A stretch of 63,538 bases of DNA, counting the filler, from Octopus bimaculoides (lineage: Eukaryota), in the NCBI RefSeq assembly GCF_001194135.2. It is 8 parts of 4 records of this genome, joined end to end, with 100 filler letters (N's around TTAATTAATTAA, not from the genome) between each part and the next. Parts side by side here need not be neighbours in the genome. Positions count along the whole stretch, not along the records: positions 1 to 11,846 come from NC_068987.1; positions 11,947 to 25,675 come from NC_068983.1; 6 more parts are not named here. One strand, written 5' to 3'. The translations under genes and the position numbers were made by a program. Below, piece by piece: positions 1 to 11,983 of the stretch. Positions within the stretch are counted from its first letter, which is position 1; every line of letters begins with the position of its first letter. Under the pieces are notes generated by a model. That model did no database searches, was not told the DNA's origin, and saw only the letters and a program-made list of their open reading frames with translations.

Positions 1-210
1 GGTAGTGGTGGTGGTTGAGGCAGCAGCAGTTGACTCAGAATCATTGCTCTTCTTCATCACTTGTCTGCGTTCATGCGGAACGGCATTAAGTGTTTTCGCC
101 TCTGGCATTAGGAGCGGGAAGTCGGCCTCGTTGAAAACCTTAGCCATATTCGTTTTAAAGAATATGGCTAGGAACGAGGAAGATATGTTTGAATTTTTGG
201 AAATAAGGCT
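1..210 (-). CDS. Probable next (hinge-region) exon of the same LGR gene; runs off the window edge
   Basis: Acceptor ctctatttag (AG at 212-211). Only the phase-0 frame is open for all 70 codons (SLISKNSNISSSFLAIFFKTNMAKVFNEADFPLLMPEAKTLNAVPHERRQVMKKSNDSESTAAASTTTTT), which matches the phase-0 donor of the 4829 exon. GC is higher than in the flanks. No conserved motif, as expected for a hinge. Confidence 0.55.
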
Positions 211-806
211 CTAAATAGAGCTATTTCCGATTTGAAAAATATATGTTCACGAAGTATTTTGTGTTATACACAACTTATACAAAATTTTAAAACAAAATAG
301 GTCTTTTAAGAGGTGAAAAATGCAACTTACATGGGAGCCGATGTGTCTACCGTCCGTCCATGATGATAGATAGACAAATAGATACACGCATACACACACA
401 TGTTTGCAAAAAGGACATACACACAGATTCACACAGTGAAAGACATTTGCACATACACATGAAATATGCAGAAAATAAAAGGATAAAATAATGGACAAAA
501 ATACGCCCACACACCTGTGAATACAAGAAAAAAAAAGAAAAGAAAATGAATCTACCAAGTAGATTAAATAGCATTTGTACAACATTAGATGAATAGAAAG
601 ATTTAAAATGTCAGTAAGCAAGACATTTAGAGATAAGTATTAGATATTAAAAGTACAGTTATACATGTATGTATGTATGTATGTATGTATGTATGTATGT
701 ATGTATCTATTTTTCTATATGAATATATACATTTATGTAATTATATACATGCACATGTATATATGTATATGTATACATGAATATATAAATTATATATATA
801 TATATT

Positions 807-886
<80 letters not shown>

Positions 887-1242
887 CCATATCGTATGAA
901 CATAGAAATATGGATTATATAAAAATGAAGTCCCTGTCAGATGCAATCATAGAAAGATTAATGCAACTAAAACTGTGGTCGTCTGCAACCTACTAGAATT
1001 CATAAATACTTATTTATAAACTAACAGTGCACTAGTCCTTCACATGATTATTAGGTGAGATCATATGATCTTTTCTGAAATAAATCTAAGTACACAAGAT
1101 GTTTGAATTTGACCTCTCGTAGGTGATTAATATAACTGACACAATTAATATGCTACGCTAGAAAAAGTAAAACACAATATTGTTTTGAAACAGTATTTTG
1201 ATTAATAAATTACTATTAATAAAAATAATGATAATAATAATC

Positions 1243-1372
1243 CTTTCTGCTATAGGTACGATGCCTGAAATTGTGGGGGAATGGGCTTGTCGATTACATC
1301 GACCCCAATGTTTCACTGGTACTTAATTTATTGACTCCGAAAGGATGAAAGGCAAAGTCGACCTCGGCGGAA
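1243..1372 (-). mobile_element. tRNA-derived SINE family A, partial
   Basis: Shares 'actggtacttaattta..gac.ccgaaaggatgaaaggcaaagtcgacctcggcggaa' with more than 10 other copies in the window. Confidence 0.8.
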
Positions 1373-1899
1373 CAATAATGATAATAATAATAGAGATTAA
1401 AGTTAGAGGGTATATATTAAGAATGCTGATGATAATACTTAAAATAATTGGTGTATTAATAATACAGAATTTTCTTTGACTCGGAATAAAATAGAGAAGT
1501 TAGCAAATATATAATCAAATACCTATTAACAACAAAGTATACAGATAAATATAGGCAATAATAATTTTTATAGAGTAACTAGAAATATAGCAATGATGGA
1601 GGTTTTACGTCTGAAGCTATTGATAAAGATATTAAGGAAAAGTAAAATAAAATATATGAAAATGCAAAGTAAATAAAAAGTCTATAAGGTTGATAAAGTA
1701 AAATAGAATTAACTTAATGATGGAAAAGATTATAACTAAACAGATGCATTCATAAACACCATTATAAATATTTAAGATTAGGGCAAGTATACTTAAAAGG
1801 GGGAAAAAAAAGAAAGAGCAATATCGATAAAAAGCAGCTTATAAAAGCCAGTAAGAATGCTAATAAGGGAATATTTTATAAAAATTAATTAAAGGAGAG

Positions 1900-2400
1900 T
1901 TAATACAAAGATTCTAGATATAAAATAATAGTACAAAATCAAATTAAAGAGATATGAATAATTGTAGATCAGAAAATACATTCCTCAATAGAAAGCTAAA
2001 TGTGAGTTTAACAGCAAAATGAGTATATTTTAGAATGTCATGCTATGAAGTAAGGTATTTTTGGTGAAGATAAATATCCAGGATTCTCTAGCACAACGAT
2101 ACATAATCATTTTTTTATTACATGTAAGATCGAACCTTAGTAAGAATTTTTCAATTTGCTTTATAAGGTAAATTAATATTCTTTAACTACCTCATTAATT
2201 TAAACTGATGTGGCATTCCTTCTGGCATATCTAAAAGGTTGGGAATGTGAATTACCTGTTAGTCAAGCAGTTAAAACTCAAACATCTAATGACAGTTAGT
2301 ACAGTGAAAATTATTAGAGGCGGGGATAGTAAGACTAGCTATTTGTGTTGGCGGAAGTAATACTTAGAGTAAATTTAAGAGTGGTGGAATATGAGATATT
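1900..2400 (+). mobile_element. Highly decayed Penelope-like GIY-YIG endonuclease remnant (tentative)
   Basis: A-rich broken frame with remnants such as NEYILEC, QRYINH, RSNLSK and LKLMWH, resembling the PLE endonuclease pattern; many stops. Confidence 0.35.
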
Positions 2401-2434
2401 AAAGGTAAGCTTATCGAAAATTTTCTAATATGAA

Positions 2435-3901
2435 GGATCTTTTCCTTTTGGGCGGCACATAGAAAAAATAATTTTTTGTAACTAAACACTTTCAAATTTC
2501 GTATACTGGTAGAATGTGTCATTTAAAACATCATTTACTCTTGGCGTTTTTAAGAAAATTCATTCTTTTCGAAGTTATTCAGTGTTAGAGTTGTCGTATT
2601 TCGGTAATTTCAACCAATCAATGACGTCTATTAAGGTGAAGACAATTACTGCTGTGGTTTGTCAACAACACGTTCTGGCGGTGTAATGGGATCTTTTCCC
2701 TTGAATAAAATTACTGCCGTTGTTTGTCAACAACTATCGGCGGTACTGTTATTATGACATCGTTCGTGCGTTTGTACTGGTTTAAGCTTTAGGGTTTTAG
2801 GGTTGGGTTCGGGTTTTAGAGTTAAGGTTAGGGTTTTAGGGTTAGGGTGAGGGCTAGGGTTTTAGGGTGAGGGTTAGGGTTTTAGGGTTAGGGTTTTAGG
2901 GTTAGGGTTTTAGGGTTAGGTTAGGGTTAGGGTTTTAGAGTTAGGGTTAAGGTTTTAGGGTTAGGATTGGGGTTTTAGGGTTAGAGTTACAGAAAAATGT
3001 CAAAAATGAAAAAATTGGAGGGGGGGGGGGCAAAAATGTCTTTCGAAAGTAGTAGCTGAAAAAACTCTAATTCTAACCTAACCCTAAAACCCTGACCCTG
3101 ACTCTAAAACACTAACTCTAACTCTAAAACCCGAACCCTAACCCTAACCCTAAAACCTTATAGCTAAAACCAGTACAAACGCACGAATGATGTCATAAAT
3201 AACAGTGACAAAGTAAATTTACACCACCAGAACGTCTTGTTGACAAACCACAGCAGTAATTGTTCGTGCGTTTGTACTGGTTTTAGCATTAAGGTTTTAG
3301 GGTTAGGGTTAGGGTTTTAGGGTTAGGGATAGGGTTAGGGTTTTAGGATTAGGGTTAGGGTTTTAGGGTTAGGGTTAGGGTTGGGTTTTTAGGGTTAGGG
3401 TTAAGGTTGGGATTTTAGGGTTAGAGTTACGGAAAAATGTAAAAAAGGAAAAAAGTGGAGGTGGGCAAAAATGTCTTTCCGAAAATAGTAGCTGAAAAAC
3501 AGGAAGAAAAAAAAACAAACTAAAAGCAGTAAAAATGCACGAATGATTGTGGTGGTGCCATGAAGTAAACATGCTTCAAATACACTCATTTATTCATACA
3601 AACGTAACTGAAATGAAATATGTCATAAATAGCAGTGACAAACGAAATATACACCGCCGGAAGTTGTTGTTGACAAACCACAGCAGTAATTGTTTTCCCC
3701 TCAATAGACGTCATTGATTTGTTGAAATTACCGAAATACGACAACTTTAACACGAAATAACTTCGAAAATACACAGTTTTCTCAAAAACGCCAACAGTAA
3801 ATGATGCTTTATGTGACACATTCTACCAGTATACGGAATTTTGAAAGTATTTAGATACAAAAAATTAATTTTTAAATGTGCCGGCCAAAGGGAAAAGATC
3901 C
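2435..3901. mobile_element. Non-autonomous foldback DNA element with ~250-bp TIRs and internal TTAGGG/TTTTAGGG arrays
   Basis: GGATCTTTTCC..GGCGGCACAT at 2435 mirrors ATGTGCCGGCC..GGAAAAGATCC ending at 3901; arms 2435-2695 and 3651-3901. Telomere-like arrays at ~2785-2985, ~3070-3160 (C-rich) and ~3290-3430. Confidence 0.85.
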
Positions 3902-3904
3902 CGG

Positions 3905-4085
3905 GCAACTTGAGGTAGGAGATTAAGTGGATTACATCGACCTCAGTACGTAACTGGTACTTGTTTAATCGACCCTGAAAGGATGAAAGACAAAGTTGAC
4001 CACTGTAGAATTTGAACTCAGAACGTGAAGACTGGTGAAATGCCGCTAAGTATTTCGCCCGGCTGCTAACCATTCTGCCAGCTCG
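3905..4085 (-). mobile_element. tRNA-derived SINE family A
   Basis: Reverse complement of the GGCGGCGAGCTGGCAGAA head, with A-box and B-box-like (GAGTTCAAATTC) motifs. Confidence 0.8.
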
Positions 4086-4391
4086 AGGTCTTTTTCTACA
4101 TATGTAATAACAACAGTTGTTGAAAGAAACGGAAATGTAAAAGATGCTAATATTGATTTCTTTTGTATGGTTAGGCTTTTTAGTTGATTTAAATAGAAGC
4201 TGTGTGTTCTTAGCATTTCATGTTTTAGACAACTGCACTACAAAAATGCAGATACCGCGTGTGTTTGAATACAGAGCGTAGAGTGATAGCAAAATGAAAC
4301 ATGTACAGAATTTTACTCTGTGCAACCGTATCTGCATACAACAAATCCTTAAAGAGAAAGTAAACATTATTATTAGAAATATTTCTACAAC

Positions 4392-4590
4392 AGCCAAAAA
4401 GCCTGAAATTTTGCGGGGAGGGGGCTAGTACATTGCATCGACCCCCACTGTGCTCAACTAGTATTTATTTTATCGACCCCCACAAGGATGAAAGGCAAAA
4501 TCCGTATCGGCGGAATTTGAACTCAGATTGCCAAGTTGGAAGAAACGCCAGTAAGCGTTTTGTCCAGTGTACTAACAATTCTGCTAAGAA
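4392..4590 (-). mobile_element. tRNA-derived SINE family A (diverged)
   Basis: Shared core 'atcgacccc...aaggatgaaaggcaaa...cggcggaatttgaactcaga'. Confidence 0.75.
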
Positions 4591-4828
4591 TTACCTGCAA
4601 TTAATACGGTTCGGCTACGGTATCTTCGATGGTAGATGAACTGACGAAGCAGCTTACACTTTTTTTTTTCAGTTTTGTTCTTTATATGTTCCCAGTTCAA
4701 ATTCCAACACCCACACCTTTTGTTTTTTTTTTTCCTTTACGTAGCACGGGGGCAATTTAAATATTATACTTGAGCTTCGTGAAAAGAAACAAGTATCAAT
4801 AATTAATAAAAAATGAAAGAAATCTTAC

Positions 4829-5012
4829 CTGCTCCGAGGTCTGGATAAATTTGCAACAGTGATAAGAATAGGTTAGAGTAAGGAATTGTATTTCTGGGAA
4901 AGCTTTTGATGGTGGAAAATTCTGCAAATACTTGTTCTTATAAATGAGTAACTTTTTCAGTTTGAGAAGTCCATCAGTTGGTAGGTGAGAGAATTGGTTG
5001 TCACCCAGGTTT
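4829..5012 (-). CDS. Internal coding exon (184 nt) of a leucine-rich-repeat GPCR, type-B LGR-like (bursicon receptor/rickets, LGR4/5/6); last LRRs plus the cysteine box at the start of the hinge
   Basis: Acceptor ttttccag (AG at 5014-5013) and donor CAG|gtaag (GT at 4828-4827); phase 2 in, phase 0 out. Peptide NLGDNQFSHLPTDGLLKLKKLLIYKNKYLQNFPPSKAFPEIQFLTLTYSYHCCKFIQTSEQ fits the LGR pattern NLGxNxFxxLPxxGLxxLxxL...N..L..FP....FP.I..L.L.Y.YHCC.F. The type-B call rests on recalled family sequences and needs BLAST. Confidence 0.9.
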
Positions 5013-5303
5013 CTGGAAAAGATTNNNNNNNNNNNNNNNNNNNNNNNNNNNNNNNNNNNNNNNNNNNNNNNNNNNNNNNNNNNNNNNNNNNNNNNNNNNN
5101 NNNNNNNNNNNNNNNNNNNNNNNNNNNNNNNNNNNNNNNNNNNNNNNNNNNNNNNNNNNNNNNNNNNNNNNNNNNNNNNNNNNNNNNNNNNNNNNNNNNN
5201 NNNNNNNNNNNNNNNNNNNNNNNNNNNNNNNNNNNNNNNNNNNNNNNNNNNNNNNNNNNNNNNNNNNNNNNNNNNNNNNNNNNNNNNNNNNNNNNNNNNN
5301 NNN

Positions 5304-5340
<37 letters not shown>

Positions 5341-6521
5341 TAGATAGACAGATAGATATAAATATATACATACATAGACACACAGTCACTCACTCACACA
5401 CACACACACACATATGTATGTATATACATGCGTATATATATATGAGTGTATATGTGCGTGTACTTATGTGTGTGTCGGTATGTTTGTATATATATATATG
5501 CATGTGTACACACACATAGATATATGTAAATGTACATATACATACCAACACGCACATATACATGTACATGCAGAGCGTATCCAATATCTAAATTAAAAAT
5601 AAGAACAAGTCACAAATATTAAAATATAAGAAAATGCAATTATAGTCATATAATAATTTTCGACAAATGTTTGAGAAAAATAAGGATTCCTAATCAAATT
5701 TGGTAAGCTAGATTAGTCAACGTTTGAGACATTAATAATTTGCCGAAAAATTATGGCAAGGAAGATCTCTGAGAATGGAAGAAATGCATTAGACGTTACA
5801 GGAACTTGTGGTCGATTCAGATCGTAGTGAAAGTCCTCCAACTTCAGCAAGTGAGAAGAACAATGAGTCGAGACTAGTAGTATCAACTTGAAGGAGATTT
5901 AAAGTGCCAACTAAGCTGAGTTAAATGTTTTGTTCAACAAATACTTCATAAACAGGAATATTATTTACTTTTGACAAGTGTTCAATAATAAAAATTAGTT
6001 GAGTTGTGCAGCAGAGTGTTCACAGTGTTATTCAATGTTTTTTTCACAAGAATTATCATAGGTGATGAGATTTGACATTATGAGTATAACCTGTCAACCA
6101 AATTATAACCATGAGTGACAAATTAACGGATTAATGATTCTCATCGTTACGATAACGAAAATCAAATCGAACCAATGTAACGGCATGCGACTTTTTACGA
6201 TTTATACAGGCGAAACACTAACCCTAACCCTAACCCTTTACTAGTCTATAGGAAAGCAAGTAGCATTCTAAGCAACGCAATTCAATAGAAATAAATAAAT
6301 ACCAGTTGATCACTGGGTTCAATGTAATCGACTTACCCACTTCCTCGAAATTGCTGGCTTTGCGTCAGACTTTGAAACCATCATCATAAAATGAATTAAC
6401 CAATGCTGTCATATTCGCACTAATACCATTTGTGAAAATCTCCCTGATCTAGTTGAAGTATGGTGTAGCTCTATGAACAAAATTTCATTTCTTGGCGATA
6501 ACCTCAGACCATAGCATGAGC

Positions 6522-6616
<95 letters not shown>

Positions 6617-7893
6617 ATATTTGATAGACTTTCCCCCAAAAAGTGGTTATGTAAGGGCCTCTAAAACAATTATAGCGATACAAATTTTTAAATAAATCTA
6701 CCTTGTTTGTATTAATCAATATACGTGTACATGTACACAGACACAGACACACACACACATATATATATATATATGCATACAGGAAAGGTATACATAATGG
6801 GCTTTATACATTCATCTGCACATAAATGTTTAAAGCCCATTACTTATGCCTTTTATTGTATATACTCTATTAACTGTGGAATGCAACCTTGGATTTACAA
6901 AGTCGACTGGTGATGAGCTTCAATATCGGATCTTGCCTTAGGATTACTAGCCAGAAAACCTTTTGCTAGCCTAGTGTATTTATACTAGCAGAGTATCTAA
7001 GAAATATTTTGCCCGGATTGGTAATCCTTTATTAGTAACTCTTTATATACATGCATACATACACACACACATATATATATATATTCGAAAAAATGAATAG
7101 AGATGGCTTTTTAGGGGGATAATTTCTATTTTAATTATAATAGAATATCCCCCAAAAGCCATCTCTACTCATGTTTTTCAAATATACAAGACCTTTCTTT
7201 TTATTATTCTACTATATATANNNNNNNNNNNNNNNNNNNNNNNNNNNNNNNNNNNNNNNNNNNNNNNNNNNNNNNNNNNNNNNNNNNNNNNNNNNNNNNN
7301 NNNNNNNNNNNNNNNNNNNNNNNNNNNNNNNNNNNNNNNNNNNNNNNNNNNNNNNNNNNNNNNNNNNNNNNNNNNNNNNNNNNNNNNNNNNNNNNNNNNN
7401 NNNNNNNNNNNNNNNNNNNNNNNNNNNNNNNNNNNNNNNNNNNNNNNNNNNNNNNNNNNNNNNNNNNNNNNNNNNNNNNNNNNNNNNNNNNNNNNNNNNN
7501 NNNNNNNNNNNNNNNNNNNNNNNNNNNNNNNNNNNNNNNNNNNNNNNNNNNNNNNNNNNNNNNNNNNNNNNNNNNNNNNNNNNNNNNNNNNNNNNNNNNN
7601 NNNNNNNNNNNNNNNNNNNNNNNNNNNNNNNNNNNNNNNNNNNNNNNNNNNNNNNNNNNNNNNNNNNNNNNNNNNNNNNNNNNNNNNNNNNNNNNNNNNN
7701 NNNNNNNNNNNNNNNNNNNNNNNNNNNNNNNNNNNNNNNNNNNNNNNNNNNNNNNNNNNNNNNNNNNNNNNNNNNNNNNNNNNNNNNNNNNNNNNNNNNN
7801 NNNNNNNNNNNNNNNNNNNNNNNNNNNNNNNNNNNNNNNNNNNNNNNNNNNNNNNNNNNNNNNNNNNNNNNNNNNNNNNNNNNNNNNNNNNNN

Positions 7894-7946
<53 letters not shown>

Positions 7947-8069
7947 TTGCATCACACATGCGCACAACGCACACACCCACGCATAGATTGTATTTAACTC
8001 TATTTTTCCTAGTCATTTTCACTTATGTAATTTCCTTGCCATTCGCTCGCACATATAGACATGTATATA

Positions 8070-9205
8070 CGAAGATGGGCCGAAAGTTCACTGAGTGACT
8101 TAGAAGGAGACATGGTAGAGTTGTGAAATCTTGCATGCATTTATTTCAGTTCTTGTTACTAATAACTGCATTGCATCATTTCACTAAACTGACATATCAC
8201 AGTTCAACTAAACTGACATCTCACAGTTCATCTCACAGGCTTCAAAATAACAAGTGGCGACTTCTCTTGAAAACTTATAAAATCTAGCGTCCTGATTTTA
8301 TCAAGTACCTGCAGAGAAAAATGGGATTAGTCATCGAGGACATTCATGCTGACATGATGGCTACATTAGAGGATGATCCTCCAGTTTTATCGACATTTCA
8401 AATGTGGGTAGCTGAATTTAGGAGAACAGAGAGTCTTGAAAAGGTCCCAAGATCTGGACATCCTGCAACAGCCACTATCGAGGAAAGCATTGATTGTGCT
8501 CACCACATGGTGATGTATGACAGGCGATTAACTATATATCAAATAGCCAATACTATTACCATATCTCGTGAGAGAGTTGAGAATATTCTGCACAATGGAC
8601 TTGCAATGTGAAAGGTTTCTGTTCACTAAGTGTCACGTCTCCTGACACTTGATCAAAAGTGCACGAGGCTAATTACATCAGAGGAAAATCTGACATTGTT
8701 TGAATCAGATCCAGCTGGTTTTCTTAGACGTTTCTAAACCGAGGATGAGCGGTGGAATTACCACTTTGAGCTAGAGATACACAGACAATCCATGCAGTGG
8801 AGATACACCTCCTCACCTGCTCCAAAGGTGGTTGAGTCGTTTCATCTTCAGGGAGTGTGATGGTCCCAGTCTTTTCAAGTGAAAGGGCATTGTGTTTATT
8901 GACTATCTTGAAAAGAGTAACACTATCAATGGAGAATACTATGCTAACTTGCTGAAGCAGTTACGAAAAGCTACCAAAACCAGACGCTCAGGAAAACTGG
9001 CGAAAGGGCTCTTGTGTTATCAAGGCAATACTCCAGCACAAAAGTCATTGGTTTCAATTGCTACTGTGCGTGACTGTGGCTTTGAACTAGTTGATCACCC
9101 ACCCTATTCTCTTGATTTGGCTCCATCTGACTGTCATCTGCTCCTCGACATGAAAAAACACTTGGTTCAGAACCAGTGTCTCAATGATGATGACGTCATA
9201 TCTAC
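8070..9205 (+). mobile_element. Mariner transposon with degenerate transposase
   Basis: Starts after a TA. ORFs 8321-8611 (HTH region, RSGHP, DRRLTI) and 8892-9227 (IDYLEKSNTINGEYY, HPPYSLDLAPSD, matching the mariner HPPYSPDLAPSD motif); stops and frameshifts; right TIR not seen. Confidence 0.92.
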
Positions 9206-9319
9206 TATAAATGTCTCACATAGTTGACTCTTGTAGTGTCTGAGAACGCTCGGAGTCATTAAGAAGATAAACTACTTTTTGGAGAAAGCAGTGAGGTTGT
9301 GTGAAATAGAATTGATGTG

Positions 9320-10295
9320 TGCAAATGGATCACTAGGCAACATGGAAATACGCCGATATTTTCCAGGGAGACTCGCTCTCTCCATTAATTTTCATCATTG
9401 CACAAATCTATCTAATAAATATACTGAGAAAATCCAAGCCTGCCTATGAGCTTATTAAATGGAAGGCGAGAATAAACTGCCTGAATCATCTGATTTATAT
9501 GGATGACCTGGTGTAAACAAAAAATGAGACAGACCTACACTCTTTGATTCAAACAGTGAGAGTATTCAATAAAGATATTGGAATGCAGTTTGTGGTAAGT
9601 AAATGCGAAGTACTATGAGGAGAGGCCAGAAAGCAAACTCTGATGGCACAAAATTATCATACAACAACATCATTAGATCACTGCGGAATAATGAGGGGTA
9701 CAGATACTTAGGAGTGCTGCAAGACGAAAAGATAATGGAAGCAGAAATGAGAGAAAGTCACCAAAGAAAAAGTCACAAGAAGGGGATTAGGAAGGTACTC
9801 GAAACAAATTAGATGGAGGGAACGTCATTAAGACCATAAATACATGGGCTATGTCAGTGTTGAGACACTCTGTACACTTTCTGAAATGGACGAAGGTCGA
9901 GCTATAGAAGCTAGATAAAACTAGAAAGCTACAAACAATGGACAACGCAATCCACCCTAAAACAGTACTGACCGACTCTACCTACCAACAAAGGAGGGTG
10001 GCAGAGGATTAATAAACGCTGAAAATATTGTTAATACTGCAACACTGGGTCTGAAAATTTATGTTGTAGAGAGTAAAGAAAGAATATTATCAGCAATCAG
10101 AAATACCCCAAACGTGACTGAAACGCTAAGAGAATTCAAACAGAGAAGAGCAACATAACAAACAAATGAAAGAAACCGAGAATGTTGGCAGTAGAGATCT
10201 GTGGCTCTAGTTGGCGGACAGGAACTTGAAATGAGAGGCTGGAAAACTAACTACAGCTGCTCAAGAACAAGCCCTTACAACAAATCTGATAAAGC
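9320..10295 (+). mobile_element. R4/Dong-like non-LTR retrotransposon RT fragment
   Basis: Broken frames giving IFQGDSLSPL, NHLIYMDDL, YRYLGVL, GGNVIKTINTWA, DRLYLPTKEGGRGL and AQEQALTTN. Confidence 0.85.
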
Positions 10296-10497
10296 AGGAC
10301 TTGACTGGTACTTAATTTATCGATCCCGAGCGAATGTATAGGAAGTTCAACCCCAGCGGAATTAGAACTCAGAACGTAAAGACGGAAAAGCCGATATTAT
10401 GTTCCCCTTTCAATATATTTTTCATTGTACTTCAATTATAAATTTGGTAACATATTTGGTCTCCGAGCTATCTCCAGATCCATGCGTCCAGCCTTTC

Positions 10498-10577
<80 letters not shown>

Positions 10578-11301
10578 GTCTATCTGTCTGTCTGTCTGTC
10601 TATAAATACATACATATATATTTCTTTGTATTTTTACATAGTTTTCGTTATTTCCATTTATTCAGAATATTTTTTCTTTGACTTTCCCCTTTGGCTTGGT
10701 ACATTCTCTTCTTTGACTTCTACATTCTCTTTGGTTTTCCTTTCCATCCCCACTTTTTTCTGTCGATTTATCTATTACATCTCCCGTTAATTTCTTCGGT
10801 ACTATCTACTTTACGTATTTTCTGATCGTTCCCTAACCATATATATATATATAAGACATGTTGATCACCGTAGTACTCTTAGATAAAGTCTTTCACGAAA
10901 TCTTTTCCTTACATGCACACACATTCACACACAAATACATATACGCTTTTACCCAGGTCTAAACATATGTCGGAAATAAAAGAAATTATTTATAACTCCA
11001 TTTATTTAATCTCAAAATACTTCAATTTAACAGGGAGTTTCTACCTCATAAACGGGAATTACATCCAAGTTATTTTTGAACTTTGCTACCCTGGTAACTA
11101 TTAACTGATTTATTTTGTCAGAGTTAATTGTTAACTAATAGAAAATAAATACATATAATTATTAAATATATATATATAATTTATATATATATATATATAA
11201 GTCAGTAAATAGTGGGGTTGTGTTAACCGCACGTGGAGAAATAATAAGAAAATGAAAAAAAGCCAGAATGCTGAACTGGGAGCATAATTTAATAAAGATT
11301 T

Positions 11302-11346
11302 TTTCTAACCGGTTTTCATTGCGATGAAGCAAATTATCAAGAAGAA
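11302..11346 (-). ncRNA. Minimal hammerhead-ribozyme-like motif with U3:A8 variant core
   Basis: Minus strand ttc|UUGAUAA|uuugc-uucauc-gcaau|GAA|AACCGGUU|A|gaa: 4-bp stem II with U.U closing, palindromic stem III, 3-bp stem I. Confidence 0.45.
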
Positions 11347-11509
11347 GGAGAATGAAAATGTTTTTTTACAAAGAAGTACAAAAAAGTACAAAATGAAGAA
11401 AATAATATATAAAACAATAATATATAAAAAAAATAAATATACGCATACATTATATTGTCTTCTATTGAACTACAAAAGCTCAAAGACAATATAATGTATG
11501 GGTATACTC

Positions 11510-11846
11510 TTTTACTCTTTTACTCTTTTACTTGTTTCAGTCTTTTGACTGTGGCCATGCTGGAGCACCGCCTTTAGTCGAGCAAATCGACCCCAGGACT
11601 TATTCTTTGGAAACCTAGTACTTATTCTATCGGTCTCTTTTGCCGAACCGCTAAGTTACGGGGACATGAACACACCAGCATCGGTTGTCAAGCGATGTTG
11701 GGGGACAAACACAGACATACAAACACATACACACACACACATATATATATATACATATATACGACAGGCTTCTTTCAGTTTCCGTCTACCAAATCCACTC
11801 ACAAGGCTTTGGTCGGCCCGAGACTATAGTAGAAGACACTTGCCCA
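11510..11846. mobile_element. Interspersed repeat family D (11510-11720, +) followed by SINE family E (11761-11846, -, cut by a gap)
   Basis: D text 'ggccatgctggagcaccgcc...cttttgccgaaccgctaagttacggggac' recurs at ~35000-35200, ~42000-42120, ~59150-59280 and ~60300-60430. E text 'ttctttcagtttccgtctaccaaatccactcacaag' recurs at 55410, 58030 and 63060. Confidence 0.8.
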
Positions 11847-11946
11847 NNNNNNNNNNNNNNNNNNNNNNNNNNNNNNNNNNNNNNNNNNNNTTAATTAATT
11901 AANNNNNNNNNNNNNNNNNNNNNNNNNNNNNNNNNNNNNNNNNNNN

Positions 11947-11983
<37 letters not shown>

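Noticed and set aside
2785-3430. True telomere or chromosome-fusion site
   Set aside because: Arrays are degenerate and enclosed within the TIRs of a foldback element
6409-6520. [11 protein letters not shown] resembles an LRR 'NEIxxI' motif
   Set aside because: No downstream Phe/Leu pattern and no compatible donor before the stop
7171-8022. Long ORFs spanning N-runs, and (YI)n, (CV)n, (HT)n, (LS)n, (RE)n and (MYVC)n ORFs throughout the track
   Set aside because: Translations of gaps and microsatellites
11891-11902. TTAATTAATTAA between N-runs (also near 25720, 37505, 45685, 55335, 60536 and 62271)
   Set aside because: An identical 12-mer always embedded in N-gaps is a scaffolding linker artifact, not biology
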